NCBI GenBank assembly: GCA_043228905.1
Contig: JBHGNT010000004.1
Span: 23,870,001-23,934,000 of the forward strand
Reading direction: 5' to 3'
DNA length: 64,000 nucleotides
Source of the DNA: Azolla caroliniana
Taxonomy: Eukaryota > Plantae > Polypodiophyta
Part shown: positions 1 to 13,322 of the stretch, piece after piece
How the letters are laid out: every line of letters starts with the position of its first letter
How positions within the stretch are numbered: the first letter of the stretch is position 1
Position numbers and translations under genes: made by a program
The notes under the pieces: model-generated
Told to the model about the DNA's origin: nothing
The model's database searches: none
The model's input: only the letters and a program-made list of their open reading frames with translations

Positions 1-3000
1 TCTCCCACATCAGTGGTCCTCTGGCATTGGGAATAACAAATCTTATCAATAAATCATTGGAAAATTATGAGGTGAAAATGCAAAAACGTGTAATGTAAAA
101 CTGGTAGAAAACTCGCCTACTATCTTTCCTTTAAAAATTATGAGGTAGTCAGACAGTCCGAAACTCAATAGCTGCAACTATTATAGCCTTGCAAAACAAT
201 ATTGTGTATATGTGTATGGATGTGCATGTGTAGACTACTATCTCTCCTTTGAAATCTAAATGAGACAGTAACTTAACGAAGACAGGTTGCAACTAAACCT
301 GTACAACCAGTTTGTGGGGCCTACCTTGACCCATCGGGTTTGCTAATTTCAGATGTTAGATCTGGTTTCATAACAACAAAGTGTTTCCATCCATTGAAAC
401 TGCCTGCAAGTTCAACAACTGAACCCTCGCCCCAGTACTCTACTTGCACCTGATAAGAGACATCAAAAGGAGAACACCAAAATGTCACCAATCTATCAGA
501 CATCATCACAGGTTTTTTGCACCGTTTTCTGCTGTCATGGTTTCGTAAAAAGTGACCCTTATGTTACAACTATGTCAAAGATAAAGGCAAGATTCAGACT
601 TGTTTCAAGCTTGCTAGTGCTCGATCTGCTGACCTCAATCGAATATCCTTCTCCAAAACAACTTGCTGTGCTTGTGCCACCTCTACTGCAGCCTTTGCTT
701 GAACCAGAGCTAACTGGGCCTGAAAATAAGTAGTACATTATTAAGCAGATTACTAATAGAGGGTTATCAACATAGCAATTGTCAATGTTCATGCAAGTTA
801 AGGACAAATTGTTTCAACCAGGTGGATCAATCTAGCAATCATAGCAACCACATATCAGATCTTGCCCAATGTCTAGCAGACACTCAAAGGATGTTGGATT
901 CTTGCCAGTTCTCAATTGGTTGCAAAGAAATATAGGGTACGTGAAAAATCCAAAACTTGGACATAGAAATAAGAGTTTTAGGTTTTCAACAAGAAGTATA
1001 TATCTCTTGTAGGCATGCTTCTGGATCCATACACACAGAACTGAATGCTCAATCAGTTGAAACCAGTCGATGAATTCTTCTATTTTCAAATTCTATTTAA
1101 TAATAGTAAAAATACACACTTATTGACATGTGCTATGTTAATCCTTGTGGTAACTGTGTTCTTCTACTTTCAGAAGAATTATGACAAGAGCTTGATTGCA
1201 ATGCTTCACACATGATATCTCATTGTGAAAAACTAGAACACAAAGATGTGACTTGACCAGATTATAATACATGAATATTGTTGTTTCACAGAGTGTTGCA
1301 CCATTAAGAGCTGATTCACAAAATTATTTATTTATACGTTATAAAACTTCTTTTATATAAAGAAAATCACACAGATTTTGTCATTCTAAGCTGATGGCTA
1401 GAAGGCAGAAAACGAAACACAAAAATCTATGCAATATTTAATTTTCTTTGACGGAAGTGGAAGTTAACAACATAGAATGCATGTTTCCCTTACCTTTGCT
1501 TCCTCTAGCTCTCTTGACATTTCAGCCAGTTCCCGCTCTTTGTCTCTCTGAGTAATTGAAAATACCATTAAGAAAATTTGGTTACTTGGTAGCATGAAAA
1601 TGTGTGTCTACAAATACATACCAGATCAGATTTGATTCTCTGCAGTTCTATTTCAATTTCCAGCCTAGAAAACGGAGCTCCCACATTTGTCTTTGAGAGA
1701 AAATTGAAAAATTAGATTCTTCAGACCAAAAAACTATCTTGGTAATCAACAATGCCACAAATCCAGAAGCATTGCCTTCAGAAAAATCATGAAGTATGGC
1801 TTACTTCATGATAAAATATGATTGATAGGATCCTTACCATATGTAGATCTTGTGATCTGGTTTGTTCTTTCACAAGCTCATTAGATTGATAATTGGAGTT
1901 TTTACTTGCACTCATCCTGAGACAAGAATATTATGCTTCATTCAACATCATCAGATGCATTTGCTATTCCAAAATGTATGGTATGTCTGCACTTTAGAAC
2001 ATATAGCATGAAATGGAATGATACTTTAGGAATGGCAACAGCTTTGCTCGTAGTTTTGCAGCTTTCTCAATAGCGACAGCTTCAGAGCTCCTTGCTTCAT
2101 TCCATGTTTCTCCATTCTCCTCCTCATCACTCGAGTCTTCATATAAATTATTTTCTTCCTCCTCCTCTTCTTCTTCTTCTTCTTCTTCTTCCTCCTCCTC
2201 ATCTGAGATTACTGTAGTTACAACACTTATATTTAATATCACACGAAAGACATTATATAGCAACAAGAATAAAGATATGTCATCTTTCATCCATTCACCT
2301 TGACTGTGATCAAGATGTCCTATTTTGACAAATTCGGCTGCTGCTCTTTGAAGCAAACTTTCATCTACTATGCTTCCCATCAAGCTTCCATTTGATGAAT
2401 ATGATGTCTCTATCCCGGTTTTCAGAAAGCTATCTTGTTTTTCGTCTATTGATTTCTGTGAAACGCATAGAGGATTGTTCCATTTGTCAGTATCATCTGA
2501 ATTGACTACTTGTTCACTTTGTTCGATGTCGATGTTTGTGGTTGTGGACAAGCCATCTAAATTGGTGGAATTAGGAGATGCATTGATTTCCTCTTCCCTG
2601 GTGAGACTAGATATTATCTTCGGATCATTGTTCAATAGCCCATTTATAGCTTTATAGCCACGCCTCCTTACTATCTTCGCAAGATCCTCTCTGCACCACA
2701 AAGCTCATTTCATTTCAAATAGTGTACCTTCGATGCTTATGAGGGGTTGTAGTTTTAATATCCTCTTTTAGTAGCAGTAGTTAGAATCTGAACTAGTATA
2801 CCTACTGTTCACATAGTGAGCATTTCAAATGATGCACCTTACGTACCTAGTACGAAAGCATTTCAAATAATGCATCTCGCAGGCCTAGTGCTATTAGTAC
2901 GCATTCCAATAAATGCACCTTCCATACCTACCAATAGTAGTAGAATTCTAAATAATGCCCCTACCAGCAGCAGTAATAATCAAACGAAGCAAGCCTGTCT

Positions 3001-3875
3001 TGTACGTATGTTCCAAGGCTAAAGTACACATCATAAGAAGACTTACAACATAGAAATGCAGGCAGGGAATGTTGCGCACACCTGCCACGGTTTGCAAGCT
3101 CCTTGGTAGGAGGGACTTTGTCCAGAGGAAGCCCTTGAGAAGATAAGAAGAGCTGAAGATCTGCACGAAGGTCTTCATCCGTGATCTTTGGAGCTCTTTT
3201 TCGATCACCATTAGTAGTAGTAGTAGTAGTACTAGTACTATTGCTACTCTGTTTCCTGAAAAAAGAAATACAAGAACTAAATATGCAAATGCAAGGTCGA
3301 GAAGACAGAGACAAATTTTTTAAGGATGACAGGAAAAACCTTCGAAATACCCCCCTGAGCTTTTCTTCGTTTTGCTAAAACCCCTTATGTTTTCGTTACC
3401 TCCCAAAAAGCTCATTAGTCAATTGTGGAATGACATTATCCTTTTTTACTGAACTATATGGTTAACTGAAGCCTTTTTTTATCTCTTTCCTGGGGCATTT
3501 GCAAGAAAGTAACGAGAATTTAGGGGGTGTTTAAAGAAAAACTAGTGGGGGTACTCCGGATTCATTCCCGAAAATGTATACTCCGCTACCCACATGTCTA
3601 TCACTAAAATGATACCTGCTCTGTTGCGCTTTGGATTCTGAATTGGAGCAAAAGACGATGGATTTGAGTGATGATGACGACCAAGAAGAAGACGAAACTT
3701 TGAGGTGTTGATGAGAGAAGCAGACATGGTGGACATACGTCGTCTTCTTTAAAAACTCCCAGTTGCGAGAGAGAAGAAGTGCAGAATCTCTAGAAGCGTC
3801 AGAGAATGATGGCCATTTGTTCTGCGGGCAAGAAATCGAGCATTCAACCATCTGTAGAGTGCATAGATGTCCCAT
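1..3875 (-). CDS. PTST3: PROTEIN TARGETING TO STARCH 3-like (plastid coiled-coil + CBM48 protein), 3' end outside window
   Basis: Phase-consistent GT-AG exons 3875-3616, 3255-3082, 2690-2299, 2202-2025, 1916-1838, 1690-1622, 1547-1494, 719-600, 449-325, 20-<1. Ser-rich transit-peptide-like N-terminus; PTST-type motif DLRADLQLFLSSQGLPLDKVPPTKELANRGREDLAKIVRRRGY; poly-Glu; coiled coil; CBM48 start VQVEYWGEGSVVELAGSFNGW...RGPLMWE. Confidence 0.85.
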
Positions 3876-4136
3876 CAAACGCGCCGAGACTCTCTCTGGC
3901 TATGTCTCTGTCTCTGTTTCTGGGTCTGTGTATGTATGTATCTGTGTGTTATGTGGTTGGGGGTGAGGTGAGAGGATTTGAACCTCACACCTGTTCTGTT
4001 GAAGAGAAGGCCTTTATGTTCAAATTCAGAACTCCATGCTTCATTTGGGCCACACCCACTAAATTCATTCATTGATTCAGATTGCAAGCACCAAATTTGG
4101 CGCTCTCGCCCATACCCATCCATGTAACACAGTTCG

Positions 4137-4335
4137 GTGTCGGCAACGGCTCAGCTCAAGCCTGAACCGAACCGTTTGCGTATGCGGCACCATGTCACGG
4201 TTAGGAGCCCATTAACTGGACTTGAGCTCGGTTTGGAATGACTCAAGCCGAACCAAGCCGTTTTGGGCCAACCCGGTTAAAGGCTTAACCGACTTGGCTA
4301 AACTGCTTAAGCCAAAACCGAACCTGGCCTTGTTA
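4137..4335. mobile_element. AACCG/CGGTT-rich MITE-like or DNA-transposon end
   Basis: Dense AACCG/CGGTT/AAGCC motifs in both orientations. GTCGGCAACGGCTCAGCTCAAGCCTGAACCG resembles the reverse complement of 55065-55114. Confidence 0.4.
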
Positions 4336-5569
4336 ATGTCGATGCTCCATAACAAATGTTAATGGCACATATTGTCAGATGTCACATGAATACATTCGAT
4401 GCAATCCTCGCTGCTTGTCTGGCCTCATGTTGTATCTCTGCCACAAAATTAATTGAGCTAATGTCAGATCAACATGTGCCCGTTGCTAGTTGCAAGTTTA
4501 TATCAATTTCGTCTTGTACGTATGGAGTTTATATCAATGTCATGTGATGCTTCCTTTGTGCAAATATAAACGCTCTAATTGGTTTGTGATATATGGCGTA
4601 AAGAACACTACCATTGTACCCAAGGAAGGTCCAAGACATTATGTGTCAAAACCACAATTGGTTGCATTTCGTGAATGTAGCAATGGATTAAGAAAGGGAA
4701 CATGTTATCAATACTATAATGGAGAGCCATAAATATCATATGGCGATCATAAACGACAATTCATTGAACTTATGAGGGTAGAGTTTGACTCTTCGCAAAT
4801 TTCTCTAGAATAAGACTCATTTATTTTCTTCATATTCAAGCTACACATTTAAAAACAATAGATTCCCTCTTGTAGATATAATATTAAAAGAGGGAAGGCT
4901 CATTTATAGTATTTTTTAACATTTTGTGGTCCACATTTAATATGAATGCAGTATATTCTTTACAATACATCTACCAAAATCATTGCCCGATCGGTTTGAG
5001 TAATGATTGTCTCTTTCTTTTCTTTGTGATGGGCAATTGTAGTTATTATTTATGTTGTACAAAAGTTAGAAAACAATCCCATCTCCAACAAAGAACATGA
5101 AGAGATGGATAATGCACTTCAAAATGGCAATTAAAGATTAACACATTCCAAATGCTAAAAAATGACTTTTAAGTGGAAGGCACTCATATGCCCTTTGCCA
5201 GTATGTGGGTGATTGGTGAGCACACACTCTTTGTTAGAGCACATGGATGATGTGCAACCGTCATGCATTCTTTGTAGGTGAAAGAGAGAGAGAGAGAGCC
5301 ATAATGTGAATACATATTCTTTAGTTGTGTGTGTGTGTGCACTCTTTGCTAAAGCATGTAGCTTTCTCCTCAAACATGTCAAGTTTGTGCACCAAAACAG
5401 ATTGGAGTTTGGTTGTCTCCGATTATGTTTGTAATTTGAACTCCTCAAAGGCTTGGGTGGATATGATCATGTGGTCTTTGTTATTAATTTTAGCTTTCTA
5501 CTGAAGCATGTTCTTCTTCAAGTGCCCCTAGATCGTGCATTTGGCATATGCATTTTGTTTAAGTCAATG

Positions 5570-6030
5570 CATTGTTTTGAGATCAAATTCGTTAAATCTT
5601 TATTTGGCAAATGACTTATTGTGGGTGCATAATGTATCAACGTCTTTGTCCAACAAAACTTTAGATTTTGCCACCATTGTAAGGATGTGTTGTGTCTTGT
5701 GAATGAGCTAGTTTACTATAAACATATCGTGTCTTGTAAATATTTATAGGTCATATGTTACAACACTATGCTCCTTCCATGAACACATAGGTCATCTTTG
5801 CTTCTCTAGCATGCATTTGGTGTAGTGCAAATACATGGGTAAGCTATTGAGCATGTTGATGAGATGTGATAAGTATGTGTTTTAGCATGGTGCATCAACG
5901 GAGACACTTGTACACAATGCTCATACCTCATCATTGTAGGGATAAAATTGAGAAAATGTAAACTTGGCGAGGACTTGTAATTAGTAAAATTTGAAATACC
6001 AAGGGATTTAGGGTGCACTTGATCATTAAG
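5570..6030 (+). pseudogene. Degenerate PLATZ/B-box-like zinc-binding ORF relic
   Basis: Reading across frameshifts gives CGVHNVSTSLSNKTL..FCHHCKDVLCL..GHMLQ..GDTCTQC, similar to PLATZ Cys/His spacing. Paralogous relic at about 23920-24335. Confidence 0.3.
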
Positions 6031-7129
6031 TTAGCTAGTTGGTTAGCCATCCCTCTTGATCCTTGCTAGTTCGTCTTAATGTACATTGGTCACCTAGAAG
6101 CAATCAACAAAGCAAGTGAAGAAGTTTGTGCGAGTGAATTATTGGCATGGAAGAGTCATTAGACAATATAGGTAACAATGTGATGTTGCATTCAACACAT
6201 TGGGTGAATAACAATAATGGGTTTTTTAACTTTAGCATTTTTTCTTTCATAATCTATTAAAGTCGGGGCTGCCTAGCACTAGAGCAAGGGAATCAATGAC
6301 ATCTTGGTGTTTCTCAAAAACAAGAATACCTTGAGGAGTTATTTCAATCAATTACCAACTAGAAGGAACATTGTTATCTCTATGAAAACAAGCTTTGGAA
6401 GCACCTCAAATTCCTTCAAAAGGACGAAAGATTAGTTTCACCACATAATTTATGTCACTTAATTAGGTGCGCCGCATGATTCAAATACAACCAATTCCTT
6501 TTAGTATATATTTCATTCTCTCACACACACATCAAACATAACACATATCTAGTGTTAATCAAAACATTAATTACTTTTACAATGATCAATCACTAAACAT
6601 TGTAGTGCAACACTAATTACAATTACATGACAACCTTAAGTACATCAATTAACATGTTCGCGTTCACAAGTGGAAGGATCGCACATAAATGGAAGGATAA
6701 GGAATATTCCATCTGATTTTGGGGTTTATATACCCATTTCACAAAACACAATGATACCAGTATTGCACATTCTCAAAAATTCATTGGAAAAGCTTAAAAA
6801 TCCACTATTTCATAAAGTTGGAAAGATGCCAAATTTAGGCTCTAATCCAAAAGTAACAACGTTTATTTTCTCGGAAAAACAAGTAATGTATTTTATAACA
6901 AACAATCTTCATACGAAGCGATAGATTTCAAAATATAACCTTTATGTCATTCGAGTATTACAAATTGCGACTTTATTACAATTTGATACCAAATTTACAT
7001 TCAAGAGTTTAGGATTTATAGAAATTACTCATTTCGTGATCTAGAATCGCTACTATAAGTAATATACAAGGCTAATTGTTCCTTGTCATCTTCGGATGTA
7101 CCTATTACACAATTGTCTTCATCTAAAAC

Positions 7130-8645
7130 CAAATGCTATGATTCCAAATTATGTGTTGACGATCTTGTTTGCCTTCGACTTGAGACCCCTTGTAGAATCA
7201 GGAATTACTAATTTCTCCTTTATAACATCTATTGTCGACTTCCTCAAACGCCCAACTTTTGTTAGTGTAAAGTCGTAAACAATAATATCCATCTCACTAA
7301 TGTTACGGCATGACATGTTACAAATGTTTTTCCCCTTGACCTTGGACATTCCATCATGTTTAACACATACTTGCCTATAATGACATTTTTGCTTCTAGTG
7401 TTGTACCAATGCACCTTTATAGAATGGATTTGATTTAGGTTATCATGCATCACCACATCCAAAACCTTACCAATCCAAAATTGGTGCCCCAACTCATTAT
7501 CATCAGCAGGTGTAGCAATTAACATCCTCACCTTGAGTTCTTGCAAGTTTCCTTACCACCTAGATTCAACTGTTTTTGTCATCCTTGGTCCAACATAAAT
7601 GTCTCTTTGTTGTGGATGGAGCAAGTTGTCATTAATCACATTAGGTGCAAGAAGAGGAGTCTGAGAATCATGAGAGTGTTGTATAGACCATGTGAAGGGG
7701 ATTTGCACGGTCCATGTATTGAGGATACAAATTACAATTATCAACAAATTTTTCTTGATCTTAAATTAAAGAACACATCCCACCATGATGTATCTCGTTC
7801 ACCAACATACTTCTTTGCATTATCAATGTGATTGCATTTGTCTTGTAAGGCTTACATCCAGAAGTCCTTCTGATGATCAACCAACTCATTGTGCACTACC
7901 TTTTTAGTCTCAATTGGCATTTGTTTTGCACCATAAATAGTAGTAGAAGGCATATGAAGTAGAAACTGACATATTCTGCCTTTTGGCTCCCATCGGGGGG
8001 AAGATGAAATTTACTGCTTTGCATATAGATAATTTTTCTTTATTAAGAAAACGTGATTGAAGTTTTATATTATTTAATGGAGCTAAAACTTTGGCATTTC
8101 ACTCCCCACCATTTGAGATGTATCTCTTGAAGTCATATATCTCCTTCAAGTGTTGTACATATGGACATGGCGCGTATATACATCACAAATGATGTCGAAT
8201 AGCTTAGGTAAGGTGAAAGCATCATATCGTGATAACTGCTTGGAGAAAGTGTTGAACATATGATTGATATGGTCATGTTGTGACCAACCAATGGAAAATT
8301 AATTTTCACTTTCCTAAAGACTCATTGGTTCACGAACATACTTAAATAACCGAATATTGTTGAAATTCTTGTTCTCCTGAGCATGATTGTCCAATTGAAT
8401 ATACAGAACTGGTGGCTAGGGTTGCCCCAAGACATCAAAACCATTTGAATCACAATGACTGTTAAATTAGGGTCATTGTGAACATTTGGGTAAGTAATGA
8501 GGACGTGAGGCTTAACAATCCCATTATATGCCAAACAACCCACCAAGTGCATCTAAACGAGACATTCATTGTTGACGTCTTTAGGAAGCCTTTTAAGGTG
8601 AGGTAAATACGTCTTCTTTTGGTCCAGTCCATCTATGGTGCTCAT
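7130..8645 (-). mobile_element. Sola-like DDD transposase relic (stops and frameshifts)
   Basis: Motifs in order: IDGLDQKKTYLPHL, LYIQLDNHAQENKN, LVGH.HDHINHMFNTFSK, AFTLPKL; C-terminal FWIGKV...IKVHWY block. Segment about 6605-8645 is absent from the duplicate at about 24955. Confidence 0.65.
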
Positions 8646-8973
8646 TATTATTATCCAATACAACATGGTGAGTTGTAGACCAAGTTTGATGTCCTCTCGC
8701 ACCTAGTGGTGGCTACAACATCCATGACAACCACATCAAGCGCTTGCGTCTGAGACAACCCCCTTGATACTATATCAAATAATTGGGCTACCCCCACTTG
8801 AAAATGCACATGAGAGCTCATAACCAATACCACCAATGTGGCAAACTTGGTCGCTAGTTTTCATCATCAAAAGCCATGCAAGCCAATCCCAACACAACCT
8901 AGTGTCACAATAGTGTTAAGATTTGAGGAGGAGACGATGGTCACATCCTCACACCAACATGTCATGGTCACAT

Positions 8974-9980
8974 TGTCGTGAAGATCCGTCACTACGCGTG
9001 GATCGTGAGGCGGAACCGCCGGGGTTCTGGACCAGAAGGATTTAGAGTCGATACAAGCTTTGGCGAGAAAGTACTTAAGATAGATTGGGAAAAAGAGAAG
9101 TTGAGATTACACGATTGAGAGAGATTGATTGAACTTTTAACTTTAGATTTAAGAAACAAGTTACACGATCAATTTGATAATGAATTTCTTCCTCTTAATT
9201 TTTATAAAAAAAACTGTGTTTTTTCTCCTCCCCCTTCCCTCTTTTATAGATGCTCTCATGCATATGGTGCATGTGAGGGTACAAGACATGCATAAATTGC
9301 ATGTTTGCCATTTGGCGCTTATGTATTACATGTGGTGCATGATAACCATGTTACTCATTTTAGTTCTCATGTATGAGAATTTACATGAAAAAGTACAATG
9401 ATAGAAATATAATTTCAACTAAATAGCATGGCTTAATGGTAAGCCAATTGACTCCTAACTTGGAGGTGCAAGGTTCGAATCCTTACTTGCCCTCCTTGTA
9501 TATGTAAATATGTATATATATTTATATATTTATTTATCTAGTCGCCGGATACCGTCGCCGGATGCCGTCGGATCCCCGGCTCCATCGCCGGTCCGGTTTT
9601 GGTTGGCCAAAACCCTTTACAAGTAGCTAGCCCATCTCCACTCTTAGTTCAAGTTACCTTGAACTCTCTATGCTCCACACATAGACACAAAGATAATATC
9701 TTTTGCTCCACGTTATATATGATGAGAGCTGTATTTGTCGTGCCTATGTGGGATATCTCACAATTTTCTCCTTTCCTTTTACAAACTTTATACCCTCATA
9801 TCTTGACATTTAGTTGTCCGTTTCTCGTGTAATAAAGTGCATTCGAAACCTCCATCATTTTGTACTTAGATATTAAATCTATTTAAAATGTTATCTTTAC
9901 AATTATTGTACTACGTGATTCATACTCGATTTCGTACGTTTTATAGGATTTTCACACTATTGCCGAAAATCTTCACGACA
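8974..9980 (-). mobile_element. Solo LTR (about 1.0 kb)
   Basis: TG...CA ends with 12-bp inverted termini TGTCGTGAAGAT/ATCTTCACGACA; flanks ACAT/ACGT. The paralogous empty site GGTCACATACCAAT near 25252 confirms an insertion. Minus-strand TATAAAA near 9242-9248. Confidence 0.85.
9423..9494 (+). pseudogene. tRNA-derived sequence inside solo LTR
   Basis: A-box TGGCTTAATGG with D-stem GCTT/AAGC; loop CTCCTAA; T-arm AAGG-TTCGAAT-CCTT with canonical B-box GGTTCGAATCC. Anticodon and acceptor stems do not pair properly. Confidence 0.7.
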
Positions 9981-10639
9981 ACGTACCAATAGAGTGTCAC
10001 ATGCATGCAAGTCAATGATTTTGTTTCCTTTAGTGTTCGACATGCCATCAAAGGGCCAACTGCATGCGCATTACTTGAGTTATTAAGACATTCATCGAGC
10101 ACTTCTACATCACTTGTGTCTATTAGCATTCCACGTACTATACTCAAGAGGCCATGCGCTTGCTCAATGATGTGTGTTTCTTGTCATTCCATGCACATAT
10201 TTGGGTATAAAACCACACTCATATTTCCTTCTACTTGGCAATAAGTTGATATTATTGTTTCAGTTCCATTTCTACCGTTGTAACCATAAGTTAATGATCA
10301 CAAAATTTGAAGAAGAATGGGTTTTGCAAAATAGTAAACATATGATTTTAAGCATGTGAGGGATATTTACTTTTGAATGAAGGACACAAGGTGATGTATG
10401 TAACTTTGAGGGATATGGAAGATAGGGTCAATATAATTACCCTCTACAATAAGAGGGACAATTATGATTTAATTTCTGTGAAAATGATAATTTAGAGAAT
10501 ATTGTGCTTTAAACTTGAAGAAAATGTATAAAAGCGTGTGTTAAGCACAAAGCGAACTATTCTTTCACCTTTTACTAAAGAATGCCATGTGCTCCGCCTA
10601 CCTCAAACGCCCTAACTGTTAGTGCTAATTGGCAAGATG

Positions 10640-11340
10640 TTAATGTGGATTGAATGAAGAAGATTTTATGTTTTTCATTAGGATGAGTGATCATGACGGT
10701 AGGGATTGAAGCATATTGACATGATGAGAGGATGAGTGATGATGGTGTGGAGGCCAAAGCAAAACATGAGGGGATGAGGAAACATTCTAGACTCATTTTG
10801 TTGTTATTTGTATAGGAATTTGGTAGTAATCAGCGAGATGGTTGATGCGGACTGAATGAAGATTTTTTTTTTTGTGATAAGGATGAGTGAAGATGGTGGG
10901 GGGGTCGAAGCCAACTATCATGAGTAAGTGAGGAAACTTTTAGACTCATTTTTTGCTGTCATTATAGGATGTTGGTGGGCATCAACGAGATGGTAAGATG
11001 GTCGGCGAGATCGAGATGTTGATGTGGAATGAATGAAGAAGATTTTAGGTTTCTCATTAGGATGAATGATGATGGTGTGACGGTAGGGATTGAAGCATAG
11101 TAACATGACAAGAGGATGAGTGATGATGGTGTGAGGGGATGAGGAAATAGTCTAGACTCATTTTGTTGTTATTTGTAGAGGAACTTGGCGCTAATCGACG
11201 AGATGGTTGATGTGGACTGAATGAAGAATTTTTTGTGATAAGGATGAGTGAAGATGGTGTGGGGGTCGAAGCATATTTTCTTGAGGTGATGAGGTTACTA
11301 TATCATTTTGTTGTTATAGGTACATGATTTGGGTGATAAT
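10640..11340. repeat. Imperfect tandem repeats with internal sub-repeats
   Basis: GATGAGTGATGATGGTGTG...GAGGAAA..TCTAGACTCATTTTG blocks recur at about 10730, 10880, 11115 and 11240. Confidence 0.6.
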
Positions 11341-12735
11341 CGCCGACATGGCTGATTTTATAAGGACAACTTTGCTTGGGGAAGTCGTCCTTCTAGATGG
11401 AAAGAGAAAAAATCCATTTAGTCTAAGTTTGTGGTAGAGATGGATGATGTTAATGGAGGATGAAACATTTCTAAGGAGTGACAAGGACGATTCATTATGT
11501 GTTTATTTAATTTTCAGATTTGGGGAGTGCTTTCCTCTTTTCTTTGCTGTGGATGAGTGGAGAAAAATTGTGAAAATCTATATCACTTTGGTAGCAAGCT
11601 CTACATGTTGCTGTCATCGGCCTACATTTTTCGACACCAACCATTGGAATTCATCGACAAAGTTTGGTTCCTATTGCAGGGAGTTTGAAAGGTGGCTAAT
11701 TTTGTATGCATGTTAGAGAGATGTAACCTATTTTTGTGAACCTTGGAAGTAGGGTTGCGACATGCTTTGGAGAAGCTGACTAATCAAAATGACCAGTCAT
11801 CCATTGTCCTTAGCAAGCATTATGTGAGATATAGAATGACATCATATGATGCTAACAAACCGCATCAAAATAGAAGGAATGCTAAGCAATATATGGTACA
11901 ACACATTTTTGTGGCCCTTATCAAAGCTTGTTCGCAACTTGAGGGAGTGTCTCTGGATGCGATAATAGCTTTTTTGGATTTCACGTTTGCAGTGGCATAG
12001 ACTCCAGTGATAAAGGCCAAAAATCCATATTCAGCTTGTAAAAAGATGGGTTTTTTGAAGCCAGTGTTGTTGGTGGTAATTCCTTGCTTGATATGGATGC
12101 TAAATGTGGCTGTATTGCTGAAGCTACATGAGTGTTCAATAGTTTTCTAGTTAAATATGTTGCAATATTCTTTGTAATAGTGGACTGTTTTGTATATTGC
12201 CTTTGGCCACTTTAAGTTAATACCAATGGAGGATATTTTTTATGGAAAACTTGCAAATGTATAAGAGTCAAAACTATTGAAGAGGGCGACAAATCGTGAC
12301 ATGCACACAATGGTCCGATTTATTAAAGAAACCCCATTTTAAATATTATGCCTTCTTGCCTATCAATTTCCAAAACTCGCCTCCTCGTTTAACTAAGCCC
12401 CCCTCCCGCCCACTTAATGCAAATAACGTTGAGGGCCTTGTCATGTTTTTTGTTGTTGGCGTGTATGTCGGAAAATATTATACATGAGACCCTTCCTTTC
12501 TTTTTAACTAACACGTTAAATATAAATGCAACACAACAAATATGAGAATAAGAGGGAATTACTTAAATAGAACAACAAGCCACAATAACGTTAAAACAAG
12601 TTACTTAAAGAAGACACATCTTACATACATATGTACACACCCACACACTCTTCTACTACTTCTTATCCATTCTTTTTATTCTTATTTCTTAGCAACACAC
12701 ACACACATATAGTGGTGATGGTGCATGGTGCATGA

Positions 12736-13176
12736 TCAACCCACAGTTGCGGCCACTCCCTTCCTCAATGCCTTTACTATTGCCTTGTCTACCTCGTATG
12801 CTTTCTCGAGTACCTCGTCGGGTGTTTGAGGTTTAGACCCGAAGATGACGGTCGCCACATCCTCCCTTTCGGGGTTCTGGCTCCCAAGGGCCACAATTGC
12901 CTTGGCCGGCTTCTCGTGGTCGGGGTTTATCTGATAGTGGACTAGGCCTCTCGGGAACACGAAGAGGTCCCTGGGTTGGAGGGTTGTTTGGGAGAGAGTG
13001 TAGTTGGGTGCGACCAACAAGAATGCAACCACGAGCGTGCCCTCGGCCAGGTATAAGGCCTCGCTCGCTCGCGGGTGCACATGTGGAGTGTTGAGACCAT
13101 TGGGCTGGAAGTCAAGGTGGGCTATGGAGAGGCCCAGAGTGTTGAGCCCCGGGAACACTTTCACGGTGGCAAGGTT
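12736..13176 (-). pseudogene. Germin-like protein pseudogene (5' deleted)
   Basis: Retains GLNTPHVHPRASE and FPRGLVHYQ and is highly similar to 26215-26655. Start codon, signal peptide and N-terminus are lost through a 327-bp deletion at GGTT microhomology. Confidence 0.85.
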
Positions 13177-13250
13177 AAGACTTGAACTTTGGCTTTTTTT
13201 GAGGTCTTTACCCTTAGGAACTCCTCTTGCACTCAATTTATACTAGTAAC

Positions 13251-13255
<5 letters not shown>

Positions 13256-13318
<63 letters not shown>
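13256..13318. repeat. (GA)n microsatellite
   Basis: Seen directly. Similar tracts at about 13593, 21315, 27090, 36674, 42243 and 49040. Confidence 0.95.

Positions 13319-13322
<4 letters not shown>

Noticed and set aside
3960-4040. tRNA or SINE on the minus strand (GGTTCAAATCC)
   Set aside because: Only a B-box-like hairpin; no convincing A-box, cloverleaf or TSD.
9423-9494. Functional tRNA-Arg(CCT) gene
   Set aside because: Acceptor and anticodon stems do not pair and it lies inside an LTR; kept only as a tRNA-derived module.
12736-13236. 166-aa ORF as an intact germin
   Set aside because: It starts at a non-ATG codon in former promoter sequence fused by deletion, and has no signal peptide or N-terminal Cys pair.
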